NCBI GenBank assembly: GCA_964016885.1
Contig: OZ024743.1
Location: 325,562,001-325,626,000, forward strand
Origin: Eledone cirrhosa
Lineage: Eukaryota
Reading direction: 5' to 3'
Length of the DNA stretch: 64,000 bases
Shown: positions 1 to 11,308 of the stretch, piece after piece
Layout: the number at the start of each line of letters is the position of its first letter
How positions within the stretch are numbered: the stretch's first letter is position 1
Translations under genes and position numbers: made by a program
Notes under the pieces: model-generated
Seen by the model: the letters and a program-made list of their open reading frames with translations, nothing else
Told to the model about the DNA's origin: nothing
The model's database searches: none

Positions 1-19
1 CAGCACGGAAAGCAGAAGT

Positions 20-62
20 ATGATGATGATGATGATGAAGATGATGGTGGTGGTGGTGGTGG

Positions 63-132
<70 letters not shown>

Positions 133-141
133 AGTGATGAT
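20..141. repeat. (GAT)n/(GGT)n microsatellite
   Basis: Directly visible trinucleotide run. Confidence 0.95.
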
Positions 142-636
142 ACACCACATCTAGACACACACACATATACAGTTGTCAGCCCCACATCAAACCCCCAAAC
201 TATTCCAACATGTTGACCAATGTAAAATACCAAAATGTCACGGTAATGTCATATAATGTGGCTTCTCTTGTGTCGTGGGGTTTAGGGTTCCATCAACACT
301 CCTGCTGAATGTTACTGGTGTCATCAGATGGAGATATTATATACTTTTAAATATACACATAAAACACGCACACATACACTCACATGCACACACAAACATA
401 TACACACACATACATTGACAAGTATATCTATTCACACAAACACACACGCATGTACAGGTTCATATACTCACACATGCACACAAACACATATCTTAAAATA
501 CATACATACACACACAGTAATCTCTGATATAATGTGGCTGACTCTTCTTGAATGTTAGTGAGGTGTGATCTGATGTCTATATACACCCTTATGTGGGTGT
601 AGATTTGTGTGTGTTTGTATACACACACACACACAC

Positions 637-707
<71 letters not shown>

Positions 708-1137
708 CACAAACATATATATGTATATATATATATATATTCATACACACACACACACACACATATATATAAAATAGTAAAAAAGAAGAAAACAGTAGAA
801 AATGGTAAAGGGATTTTCTCTCAGAATAACATCAAAACATTTATTTACAAAATAGGAATTTCCGCATTTAATTGTACTGATTTCAGCTTATACGCTTTTT
901 CAACGACGGAAGTGTATAATGCAATTAAATTGCATATTAATGAGAATAAGAATATGGGGGAAAAGTTTTGTTTTTACATACATATTTAGGGAGAAAAGTT
1001 CACATTTTTGTCTGTAGTTTTCTTTCTTTCTCTTTTAGTGCTAACCATAGCCGTACCAACAGTGTTGGTATGGTTAAGGTAATCCATGCTAACGTGGAAA
1101 ATGGATGTTAAACGGTGGTGATGATAATGATATATAT

Positions 1138-1490
1138 TGGTTTTAAAGTTTTATTTCAACTTATACTTTGAATTAATTACTCCAGCCAGTAAAATTTCTT
1201 TTTCCACAGTTTTCCATTCTTTTCAGAGTTCTTTATTTGCTTACTTCAATGATCTTAAATGTTTCCTTCTTCTTCAACTAACTTCATGGCTCTATCTCTT
1301 CCCACTTCCCTCATCTTTGATCTCGATAGTTCTAAACAAGCAACACTTGACAGTGTTTCTCTCTCTCTCAAGCCCAGCCATGTAAAGATATGGTTTTATG
1401 GTTTTATTTCAACCTATATTTTGAATTAATTGATCCAGTTAGTAGAATATCTTTTTCCACAGTTTTCCATTCTTTTCGATGTTTTCCATT
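1138..1490. repeat. Two diverged ~95-bp direct repeats (~1138-1230 and ~1391-1485)
   Basis: Both read TGGTTTTA..GTTTTATTTCAAC.TATA.TTTGAATTAATT..TCCAG..AGTA.AAT.TCTTTTTCCACAGTTTTCCATTCTTTTC. Confidence 0.8.
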
Positions 1491-1714
1491 TGTTTACGCC
1501 ATGGCTCTATCATCATCTCTGCATCCCATCCACCTGCTCCCTATCCACTACCTTCTGGTTAGCTGTTTTAGCTGACATTTGCCTTGAACCCCCACCCCTC
1601 AGTTCTACAACCTTTCTGCTCATTGCTTTCCTCACTTACCCTGTTACATCACCAATGTTGATTACTACTCTGCAGACCACTGCTGCCATGAGTAAAGTAA
1701 GATTATGATTACGG

Positions 1715-2435
1715 GAAAGACGTGGACTCTGCAAACCCTAGTGAAGTCAACCCGTCTAGGAGGGTAGTGGCTCCAATTAATAATGATAGCACAGGGTAGA
1801 TGTGAACTCCGTAAGCTGTAGTGAAAACAACCCATCTAGGAGAGTAGACACTCCAAATAAAAACTGATACAGGGTAGAGAGGACTCTTAAGTCCAGTAAG
1901 ACAACCTTTTCTAGTGCTGGTAGCACAAATAATGCACCCAATCCATACTGTAAAGTGGTTGGTGATAGGAAGGACACCTAGCCATAAAAACTTTGCCAAA
2001 AATATGACTAGCATATCAAATATTATTCTCACTAATTGTGTAATCAGGGATAACACAAGTCATGTTAGTGCTGTGCACGATAGTGGGGTGTCTAGAGTAG
2101 CCATGTGCAAGAATCCCTCAACCATCTTCAAGCAATTGCACAGCCTTTTTCCCTTTCAGGTACATAGAACTTCTATCCAAGAAGTAGCAACAACTGTCAA
2201 GCTACAAATCTCAGGACTGCCACCCTCAATGTTGGTACCTTGAAAGGTAAATCAGATGAAATTGTTGAACTTTTAGAGAGAAGTAGATGTATACTGTGTA
2301 CAGGAAGTGAGATGGAGAGGTGCCTCAGTGAGACTAGTCACAGGCAAACAACAGAGATATAAACTCTACTGAGTAGAAAATGATGATATGGTAGCTGAGA
2401 AGTGGGTAGATAAAGTGATGAGGTAGTTAGACTGG
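1715..2435 (+). mobile_element. RTE-clade LINE 5' end: 5'UTR plus degenerate start of the AP endonuclease
   Basis: From ~2210 translates LRTATLNVGTLKGKSDEIVELLER, then after a frameshift VDVYCVQEVRWRG (APE N-terminus). Upstream GGTTGGTGATAGGAAGGACACC box resembles the RTE UTR box seen elsewhere in the window. Confidence 0.75.
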
Positions 2436-2513
2436 TGTTAGCCTAACTCGCAGATCCCGACATATAAAAGTATTTCGTACTTTATACTCTATTGGAACTT
2501 ATCCAAAGATGAA

Positions 2514-2637
2514 TTCCTCTGATGATTGATTTGAGTCTCCTGTAGATTTACCAAAATCAATAGTTGGTGATTGATGATCAATTGCTTAGATCGATTTTTG
2601 TTTTGGTTTACAAATCATGAAATGGTCCCATAAGGAA
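2514..2637 (+). ncRNA. Type I hammerhead ribozyme motif with long stem II
   Basis: Stem I TTCCT(2514-18)/AGGAA(2633-37); CTGATGA 2519-25; stem II TGATTTG/CAAATCA and ACCAAAA/TTTTGGT; GAAA 2619-22; stem III ATGG-TC-CCAT; AUA triplet ending 2632. Confidence 0.75.
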
Positions 2638-2895
2638 AGAAGATATTTTCCACCTTGAAGTACATATTTTTTCCTAAATATTATGTGCTTTATATATGTA
2701 CAAAATACTGTGTTTTTCAAACAATATATGTCTCTCTCTTTATATATATATATATATATATATATGTTTATATATATATCTTTTAATTTGATTTATTGAT
2801 GCTCTGGGCAAATGTCCATTGAGCTTTTCTACTGAGAAACATTAGCAACATACATATTGTGTGTGTTGTGATACCTTAAATTAGTATATATATAT

Positions 2896-3308
2896 TACAG
2901 TCAGTAGGCACCTCTTAACCAAATATACACCCCAATCCACTAACCCCTACCCTATCCTCCCACTCCCACCAACACCACACTGTCTCTGTAAAGTTGGTAC
3001 CACAACATCCAGTCCAAATAAATGAGATAAATGAGATCAAGATCGAGATCGTGTAGGTGTCACGTAAAAAAACAGACAGTCCACGCTGTAATGTGGTCGT
3101 GTAGGTAACACGGTAAAAACCTCCCAGTTCCACACTGTAAATGTGGTTGGTGTTAGGAAGGGCAGCCAGCCGTGGAAAACCTGCCAGATAGTCCTATATG
3201 AGCGAGACACGGTCACTCGACCAACCTTGCCTCAAGTGGGACAACTCCCGTCTAACCCATGCTAGCGTGGAAAGTGGACGTTAAACGAGGATCATGATGA
3301 TGATGATG
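2896..3308 (+). mobile_element. RTE LINE 3'UTR with terminal hairpin and (GAT)n tail
   Basis: Matches the 3'UTRs of the RTE copies at 10446-10840 and 51238-51640; ends CCATGCTAGCGTGG...GGACGTTAAACG...(GAT)n. Confidence 0.9.
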
Positions 3309-3518
3309 TGTGTGTGTATGTGTGAGCATGCGTGTGTGTGAGCGTGTGTGTGTATCCTGGGTTCAATCGGGGTGACCACAGTAAGTAAGGTACTCAATAC
3401 ATAGCAGAGTATAAATATTTAATATAGAAATGGCTTCTGCAAGATTAGAACTGTTTCATTTCAAGGAAATTAAATATATATATGTATGTGTTAGTGCATG
3501 TGTGTGTGTATATATATT

Positions 3519-4530
3519 TTTGGTTAAGAGGTGCCTACTGACTGTAGGTTTCGCTTTGTACTTAGGCAAGGTGGGTCTTCTGTATTACTGCGTAGTGCCA
3601 AAGATCTCGGTCCAGTGACATTGTCTTAGAGAGGTGTAAGTGTGTAAGGTCGGAATTTATCAAATCGTCCCAGGTTTTTCTGGGTCTGCCTACTCTGTAG
3701 CTACCATCAATTTTGATCGCCCTGCACTTTTTTATACAGCTGTCGTCTTTCATGCACATCACGTGACCATACCAACGTAGTCTTCTCTCGAGTAAACAGC
3801 ATCTGATCCCTCTTATTCCTAATTTCTCACTTAGCTCATTTATGCTTTGCCGTTCACGTATATTACTATTACACATCCAACAGAGCATGCAAGCTTTGTT
3901 CCTCGTCTGCACAGATCCTCTGCACACAATGCCCATGTCTCACTGCCATGTAACATTGCTGTTCGTATGCAGGTATCATAGAGTCTGCCTTTCATTTTTA
4001 GAGAGAAACATTTAGCGGCAAACAGTGGTATAAGCTCTCTGAACTTTTTCCATCCCGTTCTGACTCTGGCTACTGTACTTTCAGAGCACCCTCCACCACT
4101 GCTGATTTTGTCATCCAAGTAACGGAAGGTGTCCACTATTTCTATAGAACCATCTGGGCAATGGAAGGAACTAGTATCCTGTGGACACTTGCTACTTATT
4201 GCACCTGAGCACCAGCCAAATATAAAATCTACGTTCTTAGATAGCTTACCTGTGATCCCACATCTTTTATGCACCCATACTTTGTATTTGGGACATAAAA
4301 TGTTTCTGCCTACTCATTTCCTACACACTGAGCATGGCTATTTCCCAGAGGGGACCAGTGCCCTATTTTCCTTCCTACATACTAGAACTTTAGTCTTAGA
4401 CAAGTTAACTTTAAGGCCTTTTGATTCTAGGCCATGCTTCCATGTTTGGAATTTCTTCTCTAGTTCAGCCATCGATTCAGCTATGAGCGTTAGATCATCT
4501 GCATATAGGAGTTCCCATGGGCAACCGGTC
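3519..4530 (-). mobile_element. RTE LINE fragment (RT YADD to C-terminus), frameshifted
   Basis: ORF pieces 4338-4532 (ELLYADDL), 3840-4274 and 3562-3936 (RLRWYGHV, GRPRKTW) match ORF 9051-10445. Confidence 0.95.
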
Positions 4531-4924
4531 AATCATACTTATCTTGTTAATTATAAAGGAATATTACTGGGGCATAATCTGTAGTGTGTATTTACAAACA
4601 CACATATATTATAATCTAGTTATTATGTAGTGACGCATCCAGTATACACTGTAAAGTAGTTGGTGATAGAAAGGGCATGCAGCCTTAGAAAACTTTCTAA
4701 ACAAAGGGTTGTGAGGACCATTCAGTTGTGTCAAAGACATGACAACCTCTCTTTGGCACTCAGTAGATGGTGAGACCATACATAAGCGTGATGCTGCCAT
4801 GCTTGACTGGTTGGTCAATGGCCTTGTTTCAGTACTGATTTGGTCTATATATACTCGTCCAGCCCTTGTTTCCAGGGAGAGTAGATATTAAATGATGATG
4901 ATGATTATTATACATATATATATA

Positions 4925-5116
4925 ATACTTGTTTCTACTATTGGCACAAGGCCAGCAATTACCCAGTACATTACTGGTACTTTATTTTATCGACCCCGTA
5001 AGGATAAAAGGCAAAGTTAACCTTGGCGGGATTTGAACTCAGAATGGCAAGGGCTATAACTCTATGCGTCAAAGCATGGCGTCTGACCCTCTACCGATAC
5101 TGCCAATTCACCGCCC
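4925..5116 (-). mobile_element. tRNA-derived SINE with Deu/Nin-like central domain (family A)
   Basis: Minus strand has a B-box-like GAGTTCAAATCCC, a central GCCTTT(C)ATCCTTACGGGGTCGATAAAATAAAGTACCAG and an ATT-type tail; many copies in the window. Domain name is from memory. Confidence 0.8.
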
Positions 5117-5128
5117 TTATATATATAT

Positions 5129-5305
5129 ATAATAATACAAGGACGAATGGTTATGCCTGCATTACGTTTATTGGTTGGTGACGCACGTAATTACTACTAC
5201 AGAGGTCTGACGAACTTTTCATTCCAGAGCTGATCAGTAGCGAAACGCGAGTCACCAACTAATGAACATAATAAAGGCATAACCATTTGTCCTTGTATTA
5301 TTATA
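5129..5305 (+). ncRNA. Fold-back element containing a hammerhead-like motif (5204-5256)
   Basis: Arms ~5129-5190 and ~5243-5305 are imperfect inverted repeats. GGT-CTGACGA(5207-13)...GAAAC(5242-46)-GCGA-GTC(5251-53)-ACC. Stem II is poorly paired. Confidence 0.55.
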
Positions 5306-6012
5306 TTACACTTTGTCTAGCTCTACACCTCGATACTGACATGAACCTAAACATTGAGTGCTCACCTGGGTGAACCTACAGTAACTTCACGTTACACTCC
5401 TTGGATATATCACCATCTTCATCATCATCATCATCATTTTATGTCCGTTTTTCCCTGCTTGCAAGGGTGGGATGGGTCCTATTCAGCACAACATCTCTCC
5501 ACTTGTCACGGTCCTTTGTCATCTCCTCCATGAGCTTCAGCGTATATATGTATATATATAGATCTCATCATCATCATCATCACTGTTTAAAGTCCAATTT
5601 TCACAATAGAATTGGTTAGACAAGTTGACATGTTGTGAGACAAGCCAGATCAGATGACTGTGTCTTGCTCACACCGAACCATTTCTGGCTTGATTTTTAC
5701 AGCTGGATGCCCTTCCTAAGGCCAACCACATGTACAGTGTGGCCTGCATGCCTTTTATTGTGGTACCAAAATGACCACTTTAAACACACACACATTTATG
5801 TGTGAGATAAAATACATGCATCTGCTTTTTGTATGCAACTTCACACTTTTGTATTGTTTGGTGGATATGTATATCTAAATAAGAAAAGGCAACTTACCGG
5901 TTTAATTGTGCTATACATAGTCACTAAAACTGTTTAATGTTAATACGTGTTTTATATGAATTGCGTTACCAAGTAAGATAAATCGGTCAAACATGACTAA
6001 TCCACAGAGTAG

Positions 6013-6158
6013 TATGGTATATATTGGTTATTGGAAAAACAAAGTATATTTGTTCAGTTATACATTTATTAATACTTGAGAATCTCAAGTATTAATAAAT
6101 GTATCATTGAACATCAACAAATATGCCTTGTTTTTCTGATAACCAATATATACTATAT
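6013..6158. repeat. AT-rich fold-back palindrome centred near 6082
   Basis: ATACATTTATTAATACTTGAG / CTCAAGTATTAATAAATGTAT core with outer arms TATATTGGTTAT...ATAACCAATATA. Confidence 0.85.
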
Positions 6159-6165
6159 ATATATA

Positions 6166-6290
6166 TTCATGTTATTAAGGCTAAATAGTGAGTCCTCTTT
6201 ATCACAGGGTCATCGTCTGATGAACCTGTGATAAACAGGCAAAACTCCAGAGTAACAAGACTCACTATTTAGCATTCAAAAATGAATATG
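6166..6290 (+). ncRNA. Fold-back element with hammerhead-like motif (6209-6261; G12 mutated)
   Basis: CTGATGA 6217-23, stem II CCTGT-GATAA-ACAGG, AAAAC in place of GAAAC, TC-CA-GA-GTA, ACAAGAC. Outer arms GCTAAATAGTGAGTC/GACTCACTATTTAGC. Confidence 0.6.
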
Positions 6291-6484
6291 AACCCTTTAA
6301 CATTCACATTACTCCATATTTACTATTGCATTTTCACAGAAAATGTCGAATCTACGAGACTTTCATATTTATTTTGAGAACAATACCTTAAAGCTGGTAT
6401 GAGCAGCCGGTTACGACCAGTTTGAACTAAAAGGGGTGAGAGAATTCTGGCCGCATATGGCCAGTTTAAATGCTAAAGAGTTAA
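6289..6484. mobile_element. piggyBac-type MITE (TTAA-CCCTTTAGCATT termini)
   Basis: CCCTTTAACATT...AATGCTAAAGAG-TTAA; same family at 22723, 24683 and 59439. Confidence 0.75.
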
Positions 6485-6510
6485 TACACTACTTCAGTAG
6501 TGAGTACTCC

Positions 6511-6545
<35 letters not shown>

Positions 6546-7750
6546 CAGAAGGGATATTCAATTTGTTGGTAATTCAACAAATATAAATGTTTATAACTGA
6601 TTCAGAGCACTCGACAAGTTTTCTGGAGTATAATATTCAATGATATTTATAAAACCATATTTATTCTATTATATATAGTTTCCATTTATTTAATATCATT
6701 GTATATATATATACACACATACATATATAAACACACATTCTCTCCTATTTACCCTTTCCCTAGCTTTCTTTTTTACTTTTATCTAGCTTTCTTTTTCTTC
6801 CCCTCTCCCAAATATTTTCGCTTTCTATTTTCTGATGAAGTCAAGCATCCAAAACATGTACTTTTCCAACTATATCAAATATTAAACTAATACGCTATCA
6901 TTGCATTGTATTGTTATCCTGTGTTATTTTTCCTTGACTTTTCATATATGTATGTATGTGTGCATTTGTATGTATGTTCTTCTGGTTTTATAATTTCACA
7001 AATTTTTACCAACAGAGAGAGAGTTGGTTTCTAAAATAGACACAAGACTCCCTCATTGGAATTTACACAACATCAACTAGGTAGATATGTATGCATGTCT
7101 GCATACGTGTATGTGTGTGCAGGGGTGGATATTATTGTATGTGTGGAGCTGTATGTTTTGGGTTATATGTGTGCATGTGTATATGCTTTGTATCTGTATA
7201 CAAAGCATATACACATGCACACATGTGTACATGGAGTTATTAGATGCAGAATCTTTGGAATGTTTTATATATTTTTACTGGATTGTACTTGTAATTTTCT
7301 AACAAGTCGTGTTCTTTCTGTTTCTGTGAAGCCCAGCTTCTCAAAATTTGTACTGAGGCAGTTACTAACACATGTATGTATGTGTGTGTATGTATGTATG
7401 TATATATGCATGTGTGTATATGTTTGTGTGTGTGTATGTATCACTCTATATGTATCTGCATGTATATGTGTGTGTAAATACATTTTTCATCTCATGGTAA
7501 ACACCATTCGGAGGTGCAAAATACACACACTCACACATACATATATACACACACATTTACCCTCATACACACTCATATACACTTATGTGCACATACTCAC
7601 ATACACATACATATATAAATACATTCACACAAACATATAGAGATACATGGGTGGAGTGACACATATAAATATTACATCAATTATTGATTGTTAAGGGATA
7701 AAATAGGTCATTGTATCTTGCTTTTTGAGGTGTGTGTGTGTGTACGTGTC

Positions 7751-7850
<100 letters not shown>

Positions 7851-8238
7851 GGAGGCACATGGCTTAGTGGTTGGAGCATTGGCCTTGCAATCGAAAGGTT
7901 GTGAGTTCAATTCTCAGACCGGGTGATGTGTTGTTTCCTTGAGCAAGACACTTTATTTCACATTGCTCCAGTTTACTCAGCTGTAGAAATGAGATGATAG
8001 GGACTGGGGTCCCTATCATTCCACTACAAAGTGGTCGTGGAGGTGCCACGGCAAAAAAGCACCCAGCCCACACTGTAAAGTGGACGTGTAGGCGCCATGG
8101 AAAAAAAGCACCCAGCACTCACTGTAAATGAGGTTGGTATTAGGAAGGGCATCCAGCTGTAGAAATCAAGCCAGAATCAGTTCCCGCCCCACCCTCACAA
8201 GCAGGGAAAAGCGGACGTAAAATGATGAAGATGATGAT
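7851..8238 (+). mobile_element. tRNA-headed SINE with CORE-like centre and RTE-derived tail (family B)
   Basis: A box TGGCTTAGTGG, B box GAGTTCAATTC, CCTTGAGCAAGACACTT centre, then RTE 3'UTR modules, GGAAGGGCATCC and a (GAT)n tail. Confidence 0.85.
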
Positions 8239-8451
8239 ATATATATATATAATAATAATCATCATCATCATTTTACGTCTGCTTTTCCAAGCTTGCATGG
8301 GTTGGATGGGTCCTTTTCAGTACAGCATCTCTCCACTCATCATCTTCCTTTGTCATCTCTATCATGAGCAATTTTAGATCAGCTCTCACAATTTCTGCCT
8401 AGGTTTTTCTTGGTCTTCCTCTACTGTGGCTTTCTTCCACTGGGATATATG

Positions 8452-8495
<44 letters not shown>

Positions 8496-8576
8496 ACAAA
8501 GGAGTTGTGGTAAGGAACCAGATGGACCATAACGCACCAGAGTACTCAATACTTAGGGTAGTAGAGTAGGTAATAG

Positions 8577-8680
8577 GAAAAAGTATGTTCCCGACGACAG
8601 AGCTCAAGCCATTTCGACGGCTATTTCTGGACTGAAATAGCCGTCGAGACGGCTCAAGCTCTGCCGTCGGGGTCATACTT

Positions 8681-8684
<4 letters not shown>
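8577..8684. repeat. GC-rich ~108-nt hairpin between (TA)n tracts
   Basis: GAAAAAGTATG..CCCGACGACAGAGCT...TCGACGGCTATTTC-TGGACT-GAAATAGCCGTCGA...AGCTCTGCCGTCGGG..CATACTTTTTC. Confidence 0.85.
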
Positions 8685-8721
<37 letters not shown>

Positions 8722-8722
<1 letters not shown>

Positions 8723-8978
8723 CAGTTTTGAATTTGTTTTGCAAGATTTCTTATCTGAAAACGTATGTTGAAAAATATATTGTTATACTTTGGGAAGGTC
8801 ATGCTGCCAATAAATGAGGACATCACAGAATGTGTGACAAAAGAGCTTTGACAATATATAAACAACCATCTGGTTATCAAATCAGCTAACCAGAAATTTA
8901 TAATAAATTGAAGTGAAAACCAACAGGTGCATGTATTTTTATTGGCGGTATGACCCTCCCAAAGTATAACAATATATA
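8722..8978 (+). mobile_element. Penelope-like 3' end with inverted terminal segment (family P1)
   Basis: Inverted repeat TGTTATACTTTGGGAAGGTCATGCTGCCAATAAA / TTTATTGGCGGTATGACCCTCCCAAAGTATAACA plus a one-sided ~55-nt extension; same family at 15655, 20137 and 52240. Confidence 0.6.
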
Positions 8979-8984
8979 TATATA

Positions 8985-10840
8985 TATAAGGGTAAAGGAG
9001 ATGCCCTAGATAGGAGTAACTATAGAGGCATTAAATTAATCGACCAGGTCATGAAGGTCACGGAAAAAGTAATAGCGCAACTAATCAGAGAGAGAATTGA
9101 TCTAGATGAAATGCAGTTCGGGTTTGTGTCAGGCAAAAGTACCACAGACGCTCTTTTCATTGTACGACAACTACAGGAGAAGTACCTAGCTAAAAGTAAA
9201 CCCCTATACTTAGCTTTTGTCGACTTGGAGAAAGCCTTCGACAGAGTCCCTCGTTCCATTATCTGGTGGGCTCTTAGAAAACTAGGTGTTGACGAATGGC
9301 TTGTGAGAGCTATACAAGCCATGTATAAAGAAACAGCCAGCAAGGTTAGAATTAACAACGAATATAGTGAAGAGTTTAGCGTAAAAGTTGGCGTCCATCA
9401 GGGCTCTGTTCTCAGCCCCCTACTATTTATTATTGCCCTTCAGGCTATAACAGAGGAGTTCAAGACCAGTTGCCCATGGGAACTCCTATACGCAGATGAC
9501 CTAACACTCATAGCTGAATCAATGGCCGAGCTAGAGAAGAAATTCCAAACATGGAAGCACGGCCTAGAATCAAAAGACCTTAAAATTAATCTGGCTAAGA
9601 CCAAAGTTCTAGTTTGTAGGAAAGAAAATAAGGCGGCGGTCCCTTCCGGGAAGTGGCCATGCTCAGTGTGTAGGAAAGGTGTAGGTAGAAACTCCATTTT
9701 GTGTCAGAAATGCAAAGTATGGGTGCATAAAAGATGTAGTGGGATCACAGGTAAGCTAACTAAGAACATAGATTTTACATGTGGCCGGTGCTCTAGTTCA
9801 ATAAGTAGCAGCAAGTGCCCACAAAATACTAGCTCTTTCAACTGCACAGAGAGCTCTATAGAAATAGTGGACAGCTTCCATTACCTGGGTGACAAAATCA
9901 GCAGTGGGGGAGGGTGCTCTGAAAGTACAGTAGCTAGAGTCAGAACTGGATGGAAAAAGTTCAGAGAGCTTATACCACTATTAGCCGCTAAAGGGTTCTC
10001 CCTAAAAATGAAAGGCAGGTTGTATGATGCCTGCATACGAACAGCAATGTTGCATGGCATTGAGACCTGGGCATTGTGTGCAGAGGATATACGCAGACTA
10101 GAGAGGAACGAAGCTTGCATGCTCCGCTGGATGTGTAATAGTAATATACGAGAACGGCAAGGCATAAACGAACTAAGGAAAAAATTAGAAATAAGAGGGA
10201 TCAGATGTTGTTTACTTGAGAGAAGGCTACGTTGGTATGGACACGTGATGCGCATGAAAGTCGATAGCTGTATAACAAAGTGCAGGGCAATAAAGATAGA
10301 CGGTAGCCACGGAATAGGCAGACCTAGAAAAACCTGGGACGAGCTGATAAACTCCGACCTCACACACTTACACCTCTCCAAGACAATGTCACTGGACCGA
10401 GACCTTTGGCGGTACTCAGTAATAGAGAAGACTCGCCTTACCTAAATACATAGTAAAACCTACTACAGTCAGTAGGCATCTCTAACAAAATACACCCCCG
10501 TCCCACCACCCCCACCCCATCCACACCGCCCCCTTCTATGTAAAGTTATGTTGGTACCACACCATCCAGGCAGAAATAAATGAGATTGTGTAGGTGTCAC
10601 GACAAAAAACACACAGTCCACGCTCTAATGTGGCCGTGTAGGCAACACGGTAAAACCTCCCAGACCCACACTGTAAATGTGGTTGGTGTTAGGAAGGGCA
10701 TCCAACTGTAGAAAACCTGCCAGACAGTCCTATGCGAGCAAGACAATCACTCTTGCCTCAAGTGGGAAAACCCCCGTCCAAACCCATGCAAGCGTGGAAC
10801 ACGGACGTTAAACGTTGATGATGATGATGATGATGATGAT
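8985..10840 (+). mobile_element. 5'-truncated RTE LINE
   Basis: Begins at YKGKGDALDRSNYRGI; continues through the RT, the 3'UTR and a (GAT)n tail. Confidence 0.97.
9051..10445 (+). CDS. RTE reverse transcriptase (C-terminal portion, uninterrupted) with embedded PHD-like Cys/His finger
   Basis: Motifs QFGF, AFVDLEKAFDRVP, GVHQGSVLSPLLF, LLYADDL, FHYLG, RLRWYGHV and GRPRKTW. No endonuclease domain, so not autonomous. Confidence 0.9.
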   Translation: MKVTEKVIAQLIRERIDLDEMQFGFVSGKSTTDALFIVRQLQEKYLAKSKPLYLAFVDLEKAFDRVPRSIIWWALRKLGVDEWLVRAIQAMYKETASKVRINNEYSEEFSVKVGVHQGSVLSPLLFIIALQAITEEFKTSCPWELLYADDLTLIAESMAELEKKFQTWKHGLESKDLKINLAKTKVLVCRKENKAAVPSGKWPCSVCRKGVGRNSILCQKCKVWVHKRCSGITGKLTKNIDFTCGRCSSSISSSKCPQNTSSFNCTESSIEIVDSFHYLGDKISSGGGCSESTVARVRTGWKKFRELIPLLAAKGFSLKMKGRLYDACIRTAMLHGIETWALCAEDIRRLERNEACMLRWMCNSNIRERQGINELRKKLEIRGIRCCLLERRLRWYGHVMRMKVDSCITKCRAIKIDGSHGIGRPRKTWDELINSDLTHLHLSKTMSLDRDLWRYSVIEKTRLT

Positions 10841-10844
10841 ATAA

Positions 10845-11239
10845 TCATCATCATCATCATCATTTACGTCCACTTTTCCCTGCTTGCAAGGCTGTGACGG
10901 GAACTGATTCTGGCTTGATTTCTACAGCTGGATGCCCTTCCTAACACCAACCTCATTTACAGTGAGTGCTGGGTGCTTTTTTTCCGTGGCGCCTACACGT
11001 CCACTTTACAGTGTGGGCTGGGTGCTTTTTTGCCGTGGCACCTCCACGACCACTTTGCAGTGGAATGATAGGAACCCCAGTCCTATCATCTCATTTCTAC
11101 AGCTGAGTAAACTGGAGCAATGTGAAATAAAGTGTCTTGCTCAAGGAAACAACACATCACCCGGTCCGAGAATTGAACTCACAACCTTTCAATTGCTCTA
11201 ATCACTAAGCCAATGCTCTAACCACTAAGCCATGTGCCT

Positions 11240-11241
<2 letters not shown>
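10845..11241 (-). mobile_element. SINE family B
   Basis: Reverse complement of 7851-8238. Confidence 0.88.

Positions 11242-11308
<67 letters not shown>

Noticed and set aside
255-335. Minus-strand CTGATGA at 321-327
   Set aside because: No GAAA box or stem I/III partner found.
779-1032. Old AT-rich fold-back
   Set aside because: The arms are too diverged and low-complexity to distinguish from chance by eye.
6825-6870. CTGATGA...AAAACATGTA hammerhead-like remnant, with related tails near 61530 and 62450
   Set aside because: G12 is lost and stems I and II are unpaired; plausibly a decayed PLE end but too weak to call.
7851-7925. tRNA gene (also ~49974-50045)
   Set aside because: tRNA-like A and B boxes continue into SINE body and tail; these are SINE heads.
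9440-10381. Antisense ORFs over RTE copies
   Set aside because: Shadow ORFs on the opposite strand of the RT coding sequence.
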